This document shows, piece by piece, positions 1 to 12,024 of a stretch of DNA of 64,000 bases. The notes under the pieces are model-generated. The model did not search any database, had not been told where the DNA came from, and was given only the letters and a program-made list of their open reading frames with translations. Each line of letters starts with the position of its first letter. Position 1 is the first letter of the stretch. The translations under genes were made by a program, and so were the position numbers. This DNA is from Octopus sinensis (Eukaryota), in NCBI RefSeq assembly GCF_006345805.1, contig NC_043006.1:69564001-69628000 (forward strand). Direction: 5' to 3'.

Positions 1-380
1 ACTACAGTTGCCACCAAAACGAACCTCCACAACCATAACCACGACTACCACCACCTCAACCATATCGTGAAAACTATTACTGCTAACGGTTATCATATCA
101 CTTAGTATTACACAAATACATTCTGCAGACCGAAACCTTACATTTGTATTTTTGTAGAAGTCAATAAATTTGTATTTTTGTAGAAGTCAATAAAATAATA
201 GAATAGGTTCTTTCTTATAACAAACTGCCACAACTACTATCACGCCAACCACCAACACCACTGCCCACACAGCTACTATTACTACTACCATCAACACAAC
301 TGCCACAACCAATACCATTACCACTGCAAAAGCCACTTCCACCACCACAATCACCACTACCACCTCTACTACAATCACTG
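1..380. repeat. Degenerate (CAC/ACT)n trinucleotide low-complexity tract
   Basis: Runs of accacc/actact. ORF 187..378 is its poly-Val translation. Confidence 0.8.
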
Positions 381-400
381 CTTAGCACAAAACTTTAATA

Positions 401-585
401 CCTATTTCTTTACTACCCACAAGGGGCTAAACACAGAAGGGACAAACAAAGACAGACAAACGGATTAAGTCGACTACATCGACCCCAGTGCGAAACTGGT
501 ACTTAATTTATCGACCCCGAAAGGATGAAAGGCAAAGTCGACCTCGGCGGAATTTGAACACAGAACGTAGCGGCAGACGAAATAC
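401..585 (-). mobile_element. SINE family B, body-only monomer (no tRNA head)
   Basis: Reverse complement matches the 35719-35902 unit (gtatttcgtctgcc...gaggtcgactttgcctttcatcctttcggggtcgata...aaagaaatagg). Confidence 0.85.
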
Positions 586-1270
586 CACTTTAATACCACC
601 AAAAGCGAACCCTTTCGTCATAGCTTTTTATCCACCACAGCACCAACAGCAAAATCAATACCACCGCCCCCATCGCCAACACTGCAATCGACACCAGCAT
701 CACCACCATCGTCACAATCATCACCGACAGCAAATGCACAATTTTTCATCCGTTACTACCATCATCATCATTAACAGCAACAATAACAGTAGATTAGTTG
801 CGTCTTGGCCGAGTCTTCCGTGTCTACATCTGCTATGGCTACCATGCAGTGTTATGATGGACAATGAAATAAGTGTAATATGTTTAGACTGCCACACTGC
901 ATCACACAGCATTCATTACTACATGTCTGAATGCGCAGTATCTGCTTTCATGCAGTAATAGACTGAGTGGTTGAACGATTGCAAATGTCCTCATTATGAC
1001 AATGAGCCCAATGCATATCTTCTCTGCATGTCAGAGCAGGCAGTGTTGAGGTCCTCTAGATGAGGATATTGTATAACTGCGTAAAGGAATATGTAGGTGG
1101 TGGCTTGTCGTTTAGTAGACTCTCTGCATTGTATGGAAATGCTGAATCACGACTGACTTGAGCTTACACAACAATAACAGTAAATACAACAGCAATATAA
1201 ATAACACTATCAAGGACTAGAATAACAGTCAACATTACCAGTTTTACCATTACTGTTACTATTATTATTA

Positions 1271-1446
1271 AGGCGACGAGCTGGCTGAATCGTTAGAACG
1301 TCGGGCAAAATGCTTAGCGGTATTTCGTCCGACTTTAGGTTCTGAGTTCAAATGCCGCCAGGTTCGATAAATTAAGTACCAGTGATGTAGATGTAATCGA
1401 ATAGTCCCCTTCCCCAAAATTTCAGGTCTTGTGCCTGTAGTAGAAT
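1271..1446 (+). mobile_element. SINE family B, alternative tail
   Basis: Head ggcgacgagctggctgaatcgttag, B-box gagttcaaat, tail aaaatttcaggtcttgtgcct. Confidence 0.8.
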
Positions 1447-2788
1447 TGATTATTGCTATTATTATTGCAATTTCGATTATCATCATCATCATCATCATCA
1501 CAACCACTATCAGCCCGCACCACTCCGCCTCCATTATCCTCGCCGTTGTTATCATCATCTTCAAGGAAGTCCCTGTTTCGACACATTCAAGCCTAGTCCC
1601 TCCTCTTTTCCATCACCTCATCTGTAAAGCTAAATCTCTCTATGGTATTTCTCCAAATTTCCCAAATATCTCAGTGTAAATGTTATTATATTCAAGTTTT
1701 GTGACTTCAGCTACTGTTTACCCCATTATATCAAGATGCGCCTGTGTATCATGTACACAAACACAGTTAAAACACAAGCATAGACAGACAGATAGCTAGC
1801 TAGCTAGATAATTTGTAAGTGTATTTTTATGTAAAAATAAATAGTTATTGACTTTAAATATTCATTAATCTGAATTTCAGACATGTTAATGCGTGACTAA
1901 TTATTCAGATATTCGCAAGAACAATTTTTTAAAATGACAGTAATCAGATTCACTTAACCTTATTCTTACTTTAGACGTCAAATATTGCTAGGAATGTTCC
2001 ATTCTCGGTAAAATCTTACTTTTTGACAAAACACAATTACCGCAAGTTGTTTAACTCAATAATGTTAAAGTTAGTAATTTCTACCTAGACAATGTAGCTT
2101 TCACTATAAGACACTATCAACCAGGATAGACAGCAATACTGTCGTCACTATAGCAACCTACCTACAGCTGCCGAAGCTTGAATGTGTCGAAACAGGGACT
2201 TCCTTGAAGATGATGATAACAACGGCGAGGATAATGGGGGCGGAGTGGTGCGGGCTGATAGTGGTTGTGATGATGATGATGATGATGATGATAATCGATT
2301 AGAACAATTGGTATATATAGGGACATTCACTCCACCTGATGACATTCATAGGAACTCTACATGGATAACTGCAAACACCTTGAAGGGATGTTGCAGTCAA
2401 CATACGAATTCGCTTACGCTTCGAAACAGAGTAAAACTCAATTCTCACATTTTTGTCTATCTTGAAGCTCAGATACAAAAAGTGCGACCGTCCTACTATA
2501 ACTAGGATAATTACACACAGATAAACATGTGTGTGTGTGTGTGTGTGCGTGCATCAGTGTGTGTTTTTATTAATGTGTGTCTCAACGTGTATGTAAGTGC
2601 GTGCATTTGTGTTTTGCATCGCGTATATAGGCTATCTAATAACGTCCTCCCTCTTTATTCACCGATAAGTACATTAAAGTCAGACACATTGAAAATAGTT
2701 TCATATTACCTTTTTTATTGACATTTCTCTCTTATATTTGTTTAAAAAAGGCATTAGTGCTATAATGCAAAAAGTATAAACAACACAC

Positions 2789-2828
<40 letters not shown>

Positions 2829-2934
2829 GGACTAAGTTGAGCTAATAATGGCTCAATATGGCGCCAGTGGGACTGAAATGATCTTATTTGTTATTGTAAT
2901 ATAAATAGTAATGCACTTGCCTAAAAAAACTATC

Positions 2935-3230
2935 ACCGCATTACACTAACAAAACGAAAAGACAATATCTTACATTAATATAAAAAAAGACACACTATAT
3001 TAATATAGAAGACGTAGACAGGACACATTACTGTAAAAGAAATCAACACTGCGTTAATATAGGACACATTGTGAGCACTTTTATAAGATATAACCAGTGC
3101 ATTACACTAGTATAAGAGACACAGCACGCGACACTAATATCAAAGATATAGAGAATACACTACACTAATATAAAGGCTAGACAACACATGACATTAATAC
3201 GAGAGATAGTACATTACATTAATGTGGAAG
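2935..3230. repeat. Degenerate minisatellite (acattacactaatataaaaga-like unit)
   Basis: Recurring cattacactaatat/cactaatat motifs about every 27-30 bp. Confidence 0.55.
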
Positions 3231-3232
3231 AT

Positions 3233-3962
3233 ATGAGGATAATCAACAAGATTTCTGAATATCTATTTTCTCTTAGTGTAAATAAAAGATGATAATTTTT
3301 CTGCCGTGGGCATTCAGATGACTTGAGCTTGTTTGAAATTTATTTGATATTTATTTTAAATTTTTGTGATAAATGTAGTACAGAATTTTCACGAGAATTT
3401 CATCAATAGTGGTTTCGCCGTTGTGCTTTGATCATAACACGGTTATGAAAAAAAAAGTGGGGTTGTATGTTTTTATAAAACGATCCCGTAACAAGACCTG
3501 ATTCTTTATGTGTGAAACAATCAAATACGGTGCAGGTATCTCTGGACCTTCTACCATACAGAAATTCAACATTGTACAGGTGTCGGGCATTAAGTTACGC
3601 TATTTGATGGTTAATTCGGTTTCTTCTCAAACTATACACTATCGATCTTCGTTACAGACAGCCATTCGCTTTTTTTGAGCACGAAATACTCTCAATGAAC
3701 CGTACTCTTATTCAAGAACTTACAGCTGTTTCGTAAAGTCAAGAAATTTTGTATTTTTGGCGGGGTGGGTTGTGCTGGAAACACATGCTGATAACTAATT
3801 TTTAATAAAGCAATCGCTTCGAAAATTCTCATCGAGTCAACATCATGACCAGTTAATCGAATGAGATACTTGATGAGGAGTGGGGATATCTATTTCGAAA
3901 CAGCCGCCCTTTTTCCGCATTTCTGTATCAAGAGTATGAAATTTCTAACTGATGTTTCATGT
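3233..3962 (-). mobile_element. Possible highly decayed mariner-type transposon
   Basis: Weak TIR-like ends with flanking TA. Minus-strand peptide remnants (NARH, PEIPAPY, KNQVLLRDRF) loosely resemble mariner DNARPH / SPDLAP / LRGRRF motifs. Judged by eye only. Confidence 0.3.
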
Positions 3963-4002
3963 ACACCTTAACGCGTTGTGAAATCTCCCTCTCGTATATA
4001 TA

Positions 4003-4346
4003 GGTGCAGGAGTAGAAACGTGGTAAGATGTTTGCTTCCTACTACATAGTTCTTAAAGTAGTCCTACCGAGTGGTAACTTGGGTTAGTGTCTTCTACCGT
4101 AGCCTCGGGCCGACCAAAGCCTTGTGTGTGAATTTGGTAGACAAGCTGAAAGAAGGCCATCGTATGTATGTTTGTGTGCGTGTGCTTCTTTGAACTCCTT
4201 CAACTTAGCGGTACGTTAAAAGAAATCTATAGAATAAGTACCAGGTTTAAGAAAAAGTCTGAAGTCCACTCATTCAACTAGAATTCTTCGAAGTGATGCT
4301 CCAGCATGGCTGCTGTCTAATGAGTGAAACAAGTAAAACATAAAAG

Positions 4347-4347
<1 letters not shown>
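4003..4347 (+). mobile_element. SINE family A (tRNA head plus CORE-like domain), diverged
   Basis: ggtgcaggag head, gcctcgggccgaccaaagccttgtg core, gatgctccagcatggc...gaaacaagtaaaa tail. Confidence 0.8.
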
Positions 4348-4387
<40 letters not shown>

Positions 4388-4623
4388 TCCCTCGCCACCC
4401 CACCCCCGCCACACACACACACACAAAGAAAAAAATCTACACAACAGGGAAGTCAGCTCACGTCAATTATCTGAAAATATCCTGAAGAAGTCCTAACTCC
4501 GAAATACTGAAATATAAATTAAAGATACGCTTGTATTTTATTTCTTATAACCTGCATTGTTTTGGCTTAAAAAAAAAAGATTTAAAAACACATTTACCTG
4601 TAGCAGACAATGCATACCAATCA

Positions 4624-4815
4624 CAGTAATCTTTCGCCATATCGTGGTTCACCTATCGAGCACTCAATACATCGCGAATTTTTCTGACTAATATATGTAA
4701 ATTTATATCGCGGGATCCTCAGTTTATCGCGGGTTGCTGCGGGTGTTTATAGGTGTTTATATATTTTTTAGATTATTTCTGTGGGAGGTTTTGGAACGTA
4801 ACACCCGCGATAGTC
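4624..4815 (+). mobile_element. pogo/Tigger-like MITE, degenerate
   Basis: Shares cagtaatc..tcgccatatcgtggttcacctatcg and ggaacgtaacacccgcgatagtcg with the intact copy at 55926-56153. Confidence 0.65.
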
Positions 4816-5159
4816 GCCTCGACTAGATCCTCTCTTTCTCCATCATGATGTGTGAGAAAGATAGAGAGAGAGAGAAAGAAAGGGAGAGAGAGAGAGGAAG
4901 AGAGTGAGTGAGTGTGAGTGAGTGCGCGCGTGTGTGTGTGTGTGTGTGTGAATAGAGAACATACTACACCTAGATAAGAGAGGAGACGTTGTTGCTCTTT
5001 TTGTTCTTGTTGCTCCTTCAGTAGCAGGTCAGGGCTAGTTCAACAGACCCATGGTCAGAAAGATTTCGGCCGAAACCATGTTGCCGGGAGAGGAGTCATA
5101 TTGGTGGCAGTGAGGTTACTTACAGAGCCACAGATATTTCATTTACATATTGGTTGCAT

Positions 5160-5338
5160 TCAAATTTTCGCACAAGGCCAGCAATGTAGGGGTAGGGCGC
5201 AAGTCGATTATATCGATCCCAGTGTTCAACTGGTACTTATTTTAATTACCCTGTAACGATGAAAGGCAAAGTCCACCTCACAGAATTAGAACTCAGAATG
5301 TTAATATGGACGAAAAGTTACTAAGCATTTCGCCCGTC
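5160..5338 (-). mobile_element. SINE family B, diverged
   Basis: gatgaaaggcaaagtccacctca, ttagaactcagaa, ctaagcatttcgcccg. Confidence 0.75.
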
Positions 5339-6103
5339 TTTACATATAAATTAATGTCTCACGACATCTTGGCAAAAAATTGCATTTCCAACAAACGGTT
5401 ATAGAAATATATAATGAATAACTATTTGATTTGTTGTGATATTTGTTGTGTACCTTAGTGAATTTATGGAGCAGACTTTTTTAAATAAAGGGTTTAAGAA
5501 ACACGAGGGGGCTACTGAAAAGGTCCTGGTTTCAAGGTATCACGAAAGGCCTTGCTGGAGGCCCAAACTTACGAGTTCTTTTACAGGGGTTAGAAAAACT
5601 GAAGGAGTACTGCAATAAATGTGCGAATCCGAGAGAGAGATATCTCTTATTATAAAAGGCAGATTTTATCTGCCTCCCTTTGTCAGTTATAGAAATCTAC
5701 AATATAGGATTTCTTCAATTACAATTTACCTAGCATTTTTAAGAGTAGAATGCATCGGGTCGTGCCAGGTCCACTTTTTAAAATTTCAACCCCAATTAAG
5801 CAAAATTTAGAGAAAACTCACATTGTGGTGTATGAGTCAAATGCTTCTCTTAGTGTGGGATACAGCACACGCAAACGCACACACACAGTGTGCAACGAAT
5901 AAAATGAAAGTAATTCACTTTCTGTAGTGAGTGACTCTTTCACTCTGCCTCCCACTTCCTCTTTACACACATAGACACGCAAATATATAAATAAAATTGT
6001 AAGCTAACGTGCGTGTGTGTGAGTGTGTGTGTGGTGTGCGCGCGTGTGTGTGTGTGTGAGGGTGCGTGTGTGTGTGTGTGCGTGTGCGTGAGTATGTGAC
6101 AGG

Positions 6104-6616
6104 AAAGTTTTTTACGACGAATATAAGACCTATATCCAAGTAGCAGAAAGATCGCCCAAAAGTGTATATAGATATTTAAATGTATTTATATATTCATCTA
6201 TACACAGATGTATGTATAATGTGTGTGTATATATTTCTATAGACGTAACCATTCACTCCGCACAAAGTTTTTTAGGACGAAAATAAGATCTAAAGTTATC
6301 TCTAAGTAGCACAAAGATCGCCCAAAAGTGTATATAGATATATAAATGTATTTATATATTCATCTATGCACACATGTATGTATAACGTGTGTGTATATAT
6401 TTCCATAGAGGTAACCATTCACTCCATACAAAGTTTTTTTGGACGAAAATAAGATCTAAAGTTATCTCTAAGAAACAGAAAGATCGCCCAAAAGTGTATA
6501 TAGATATTTAAATGTTATTTATATATTCATCTATACACACATGTATGTATAATGTGCGTGTATATATTTCCATAGAGGTAACCATTCAATCCATACAAAG
6601 TTTTTTAGAACGAAAA
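6104..6616 (+). repeat. Tandem repeat, about 166-bp unit, 3 copies plus a partial, inside Helitron
   Basis: Unit start aaagttttt at 6104, 6264, 6430 and 6597. Confidence 0.9.
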
Positions 6617-6864
6617 TATTTATATATAAAAGAAAGGTTGTTGTGTCTGTCTACTCCGATTTAGATTCCTACTACTCCCACATTTTGCGATGCAGTTTAA
6701 CCAAAACCGGTATCTTATAGTCGTGATTCATATCGAGCCCTTCTGGGTATTAGCGCGCGTCTACAATGAGTCGATGATTTTACAAATAATTTACCATCAT
6801 TTTTTTCCATTTTAATGCATATTTTTTTTAATAAAGGGAAGTAACTCTCAAACTTCACACCAAT

Positions 6865-7386
6865 ATGCGTGCTCATATGCGACGTAATATCACATCAGCA
6901 GCATTTCCTCACACCCTCCTTGCACTTGGCGAAGGCAAAATACCAGGGGATGAAAATGGTAATATTGCCATCGATTCCATTTGTACCATTGTTAAGACGC
7001 CTTCTGATCTCAGAGATGCAGTGTTCCCAGATCTACAAGCTAATTATCAGAATATGGATTGGATTGGCAAAAAGGCTATACTGGCCCCGAGGAATAAAAC
7101 TGTTCACCATATTAATGATGAAATGCTAAAACTCATTCCTGGGGAAGTCTATGTATATCAGTCTATCGATACAACTCCTGACCCAGAGGACGTCATCAAC
7201 TATCCAATAGAGGTACTCAATTCCTTTGAGCACCCCGGACTACCACCACACTTTCTCAAACTTAAAGTTGGTGCCCCTATAATGCTCATCAGAAATTTGG
7301 TTCCCCCAAAACAATGCACTGGCACACGTTTGATCGTTAAGTCCTTATCTCCCACCGTAAACTTATATCAATATTTGCCTGAATAA
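6865..7386 (+). pseudogene. Helitron RepHel PIF1-like helicase internal fragment
   Basis: Motifs LLALGEGK, AILAPRN, YPIEVLNS, LKLKVGAPIMLIRNL and CTGTRLIV are typical of PIF1/Helitron helicases. It lacks the Rep domain, Walker A and the C-terminal motifs. Confidence 0.9.
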
Positions 7387-7503
7387 TCATCATAATTCAG
7401 TGCAATCATTAACAGTACTTTCAAGCAATTCAGCCCCGAGCAACGCCGGGCAATTCTGCTAGTGTTGAATAAAATCAGCAGATATGTTGAATAAAATCAT
7501 AAA

Positions 7504-7621
7504 GCTCGTGGAGCTTTAGGTGTTTTCGCTCAATAAACACTCACAACGCCCGTTCTGGAATCGAACCGCGATCCTACGACCGCGAGTCCGCGGTCCTAAC
7601 CACTGGGTCATTGCGCCTCCA
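7504..7621 (-). mobile_element. SINE family C, 5' part
   Basis: Reverse complement is tggaggcgcaatgacccagtggttaggaccgcggactcgcggtcgtaggatcgcggttcgattcc (A and B boxes). Confidence 0.85.
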
Positions 7622-8861
7622 TATATATATATATTATATATATATATATTATATATAATATATATATATATATATTTTCAGACATCATTATACATAATTA
7701 ATATCAGGGTAATAAAGATTTTAGAGATTTTTACTACCAGTGGCCTAGCGTATAGAAAAATTAGTCAATAGACTATATATTATTCATATAAAATACAGTG
7801 TACATTTAAACCCGTTAAGAGGTATCCATCATAGGACTCCCTTACGCTAGAAGGAACAACTAAAGTTCAAACCACTAGTTAGGGATAAAATGTCGAAGGG
7901 AATGAAAAATAAAAATGCAGGAAATAGATGGTAATTGTTTTTATTTTTCATTCCCTTCGAGATTTTATCCCTAATTAGTGGTTTGGATTTTAGCTGTTCC
8001 TTGTAGCGTAAGTGTTTAAATTTACACTGTATTCTATATTTGCAGACAGATAGACGTGTGTGTGTGTGTGTGTGTGTGTGTTCGAAAATTCGTTTGAAGT
8101 CGTTTGATGTATGAGCAAAATGACGAATTTTAATAAAATGTATATGCCCACCATTTTGCTTATATATATATATATATAAAGAGAGAGAGAGAGAGAGACA
8201 TAGAGAGAGAGACAGACAGACAACGAGAGAGAACGATATGTGTGTTAGTTTGGACAACTCACAGTTTGGTCATAGGTAACTTTAGAGGAATATGGTTGTT
8301 ACGGCCAGAGTCTAAAAATAGACTGGCTGTGTGTAGATGCCTATCTCCCATCAATAATAAAGTTTTATCGTTTTTTTTTTGTTTGTTTGTTTATTTGTTT
8401 TTTCGACTTTCCTATTAAAAGCGAAACTATTCTTAGAAAAATTACTGAAATCCCTCATTCATTTAGGTCTCGATCTTTTATGACCAAAACTCAATGTTGT
8501 CCACAACACAAAAACACCACCTCAATTAACGGATAAACAGATAATTAACTGATAGAGCCTAATAAAAATAGAAGCGTCTTTTTTCCCATGACTACCATCC
8601 CCCACTCACTCCACACCACAAACAACCCAGATATCTCTTAACCAAATCTACAACTATAAAAAAATAAATAATTTCACCACCACCACCAACACCACCACCA
8701 TCAGCGGCCTTCACTTGGGAATTGCTTACCCAGGATGAAATCCAAAGTTACTCTTGGGTACTGACACAATAAATGTCTACAAGTTGACATTTTTTGTTTT
8801 CGGAGAGAGTAAAACGAATTACATAAAACAAATTAAGAACTCGTGTGTGTGTATGTGTGTA

Positions 8862-9192
8862 GGCACTGGAGTGTGTGTGTAGTAAGTAGCTTGCTTACCA
8901 ACCATATGGCTTCGAGTTCAGTCCCACTACGTGGCACCTTGGGCAGACCAAAGCCTTGTAAGTGGATTAGGTAGACGGAAACTCAAGGAAGACCGTCTTA
9001 TTTTTATAAATGTCTGTGTGTTTGTGCCCCCACTATCGCTTGACAGCTGACGGTGGCGCGTCTACGTCCCCGTAACTTAGCTTTTCGGCAAAAGGGGGAT
9101 TCCAGTAGAATAAGTACTAGGCCTACAAATAATTAGTCCTGGGGGTTGATTTGTTCGACTAAAGGTCGAAAGAAACCAATAAAAGAATAAAA
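8862..9192 (+). mobile_element. SINE family A
   Basis: gtaagtagcttgcttacc, cgtggcaccttgggc, gtagacggaaact, aaagaataaaa tail. Confidence 0.85.
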
Positions 9193-9397
9193 ATGTATGT
9201 ATTCTTCGACCAACAAAGATCGTGAAATCACAAAATAATAACGTGCCGTGGATTTTAAATGTTCCTAATACTGTGGTTCATGTATTCATCCGCAGAAAGA
9301 CAGTCTTTTATAATGATATAACGTACACCTTAATGAATGAAAAAATTCGTTCGAAACAGCTGTAATGATGTGACACCGATCCATCGTTTGTTTGTTT

Positions 9398-9453
9398 CAT
9401 TCATTCATTCATTCATTCATTCATTCATTCATTCATTCATTCATTCATTCATT

Positions 9454-9546
<93 letters not shown>
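9398..9546. repeat. Compound (ATTC)n-(CA)n-(CATA)n-(TA)n microsatellite
   Basis: Direct inspection. Confidence 0.9.
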
Positions 9547-9548
<2 letters not shown>

Positions 9549-9590
9549 TAAAGCAAAGAGGAAAAATAGAACTTAAAATATGAGTATGTA

Positions 9591-9983
9591 TTCTTTTATA
9601 ATTTTATGTGTTTCAATCATTTGGCTGCAGCCATACTGGAGCACCGCCTTTAGTCGAACAAATCGACCCCAGGATTTATTCTTCGTAAACCTAGAACTTA
9701 TTCTACCGGTTTCTTAGGCCGAACCGCTAAGCTACGGAGACTAAACAAGCCAATATCGGTTCTCAAGCGGTGGTGAGGGGACAGACACAGACACACAAAC
9801 ATATATACATATATATATACGACGGGCTTCTTTCAGTTTCCGTCTACCAAATCCACTCACAAGACTTTGGTCGGCACGAGGCATTAGGAGAAGACACTCG
9901 CCCAAAGTGCCACGCAATGGAACTGAACCCGGAACGATGTGGTTGGGAAGCAAGCTTCTTACCACACAGCCACGGCTTCGTCT
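9591..9983 (-). mobile_element. SINE family A, full length
   Basis: Reverse complement of the 11540-11950 copy. Confidence 0.9.
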
Positions 9984-10024
9984 AGCAAAAGTAGTAAAGT
10001 TACTCAAGGTTCAAGAGTTTCGTG

Positions 10025-10116
10025 CGTTGGCACTTATTAAACTTTTGTTGGAACGTAAGTATGACAGGAGAAAGGGACGGATAGCATGTGCGAGGACGCA
10101 TGCGCACGGGTGTGTG

Positions 10117-10150
<34 letters not shown>

Positions 10151-10550
10151 TACGTCTGTTCATACCCGTGACTTCAAGTGCAGATTGTGTACTGAATGTA
10201 CAGCGTCTGCCGCTTGCACATGTCGAGCGATGGCTTAACTGGTAGAAACTTCGAAGTCTCAGTCTATGATATTATTGTTTAACAATTATATATATATATA
10301 TACATTTGTGTGTGTGTTTGTGTGTTGAGCTTGAATGCGGTTGCACGGTGTTAAAATGTGTGTCGTTGCTGGAACGTGAGTATGAGAGGTGGAAGGGATG
10401 GATAACGCGTGCGTTCGTGCGTGTGTGTGTGTGTACGTGTGCATGTGTGCGCGCACGTGTATATGTTATTGTACGTCTGTGTCCATATGCGTGACTTCAA
10501 GTGCAAATTGTGTACTGAGTGTACAGTATCTGTCGCTTGCACATGTACAA
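10025..10550 (+). repeat. Diverged tandem duplication, period about 321 bp
   Basis: tggaacgt(a/g)agtatga at 10050 and 10371. gtgacttcaagtgca.attgtgtactga.tgtacag at 10168 and 10491. Confidence 0.8.
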
Positions 10551-10593
10551 TGGAAAATAAGCATATGTATGTCGAAACACACACACTTACACA

Positions 10594-10627
<34 letters not shown>

Positions 10628-10899
10628 CTCAGCGTGGATATGCCTGTAGGATACATAATATTAGCTGTATGGTTGTTGCTGTGTGTGCATGTATGTGTGT
10701 TGTTATACTATGTGGCCATTTGTGGTGGTGGAGGTGTATATATGAATATATATATGTAAACACGCATGTGAAGTTTTCCTCTCTATTTCTTGACTGCTAT
10801 TGTTATATACTAATCAGCCATTTCCTTAATTAATTCAATAATTAATTACTTAATTAGACAGTAGCAGTAATTAGCCAGCTATATGAAAACAACTAAATA

Positions 10900-11500
10900 C
10901 GGCGTGGATATGTGGTGAAAATTTTTCTTTGTCAGACGAACCACAATCTCTGGCTGCGGTTCAAATCTTTGTCTATCTTTCAGTGAAGAAACCAGTTACG
11001 CAGCATCTAGAAAGAGCAGCTAAATCTTCCACAAATCGTTATTTCCTGGTTTACTAAAAGAATGATCAGTTGGGGATTGAGGTTCAAGGCCCGTTGACTT
11101 CAAAGAAAATGACTGTGAGACTGGATGTCCATGGCTGGAAAGTATTTGACTGAAGATCTGCAAAATCAGAGATAATCCAGCACTAAACAGCAAAAATCTG
11201 TCAAAAATTTTCCTGCCGTTCCTGCCACCTTTAGACGTTTCAACTCAGTCGCCCAATCGTTCGGCCATTATCTAGCGTAACATCCTATTTCTGATCAACC
11301 TCATCTTAGGCGAGTTACCGCCAATATAACTGACGGTTTTAATAGTTAGACCTGAAGTAAACGCCCACCACCATATTAAATGGCATTGATGTAGTCCTAG
11401 ATAGATAACGGTTTGAAAACTTTTCATCATAGGTTTGTTCAATCAGGTATGACCTGGACTTAAACAACAACATCATAAACAATAGCATCAAGAAAAATGA
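10900..11500 (+). mobile_element. Probable older SINE family E
   Basis: tRNA-like head remnant (ggcgtggatatgtgg...ggttcaaatc) and tail gacctggacttaaacaacaac. 11008-11037 matches the 25376 tandem unit (26/30, inverted). Confidence 0.4.
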
Positions 11501-11539
11501 CAGCTACAGTATCAAAAAATCCTTATCAACATTTCCCAA

Positions 11540-11950
11540 GGCACAGGAGTGGCTGTGTGGTAAGTAGCTTGTTTACCAACCACATGGTTCCGGGTTCAGT
11601 CCCACTGCGTGGCACCTTGGGCAAGTGTGTTCTACTATAGCCTCGGGCCGACCAAAGCCTTGTGAGTGGATTTGGTAGACGGAAACTGAAAGAAGCCTGT
11701 CGTATATATGTATATATATATACGTGTGTGTGTTTGTGTGTCTGTGTTTGTCCCCCTAGCATTGCTTGACAACCGATTCTGGTCTGTTTATGTCTCCGTT
11801 ACTTAGCGGTTCGGCAAGAGAGATCGATAGAATAAGTACTGGGCTTACAAAAAAAGAATAAGTCCCGGGGTCGAGTTGCTCGATTAAAGGCGGTGCTCCA
11901 GCATGGCCACAGTCAAATGACTGAAACAAGAAAAAAGAGTAAAAGAGAGT
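11540..11950 (+). mobile_element. SINE family A, full-length reference copy
   Basis: ggcacaggagtggctgtgtggtaag head, B-box gggttcagtccc, CORE-like ggcaccttgggcaagtg, internal (TA)(TG) tract, A-rich tail. Confidence 0.9.
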
Positions 11951-12024
11951 AAGAGTATGAGGAAACTGTATTAACTTTCGATTTGTTGATTGAAAAACGA
12001 GTGAGTTAAAATAGTTTAAATATA

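Larger units (their letters stand above)
5643..7462 (+). mobile_element. Composite Helitron 1 (A-type 5' end, 166-bp tandem array, B-type element with helicase fragment)
   Basis: Starts A|TCTCTTATTATAAAAG. Ends with hairpin gccccgagcaacgccgggc and CTAG|T, with no TSD. 5643-6103 is homologous to 24893-25375, and 6617-6850 to 26507-26740. Confidence 0.8.

Noticed and set aside
488-958. Recurrent ORFs MRNWYLIYRPRKDERQSRPRRNLN (also 30251) and MPKVPRSGTEPGTMWLVSKLLTTQP (43609 and others)
   Set aside because: Antisense or sense translations of SINE families B and A, not genes.
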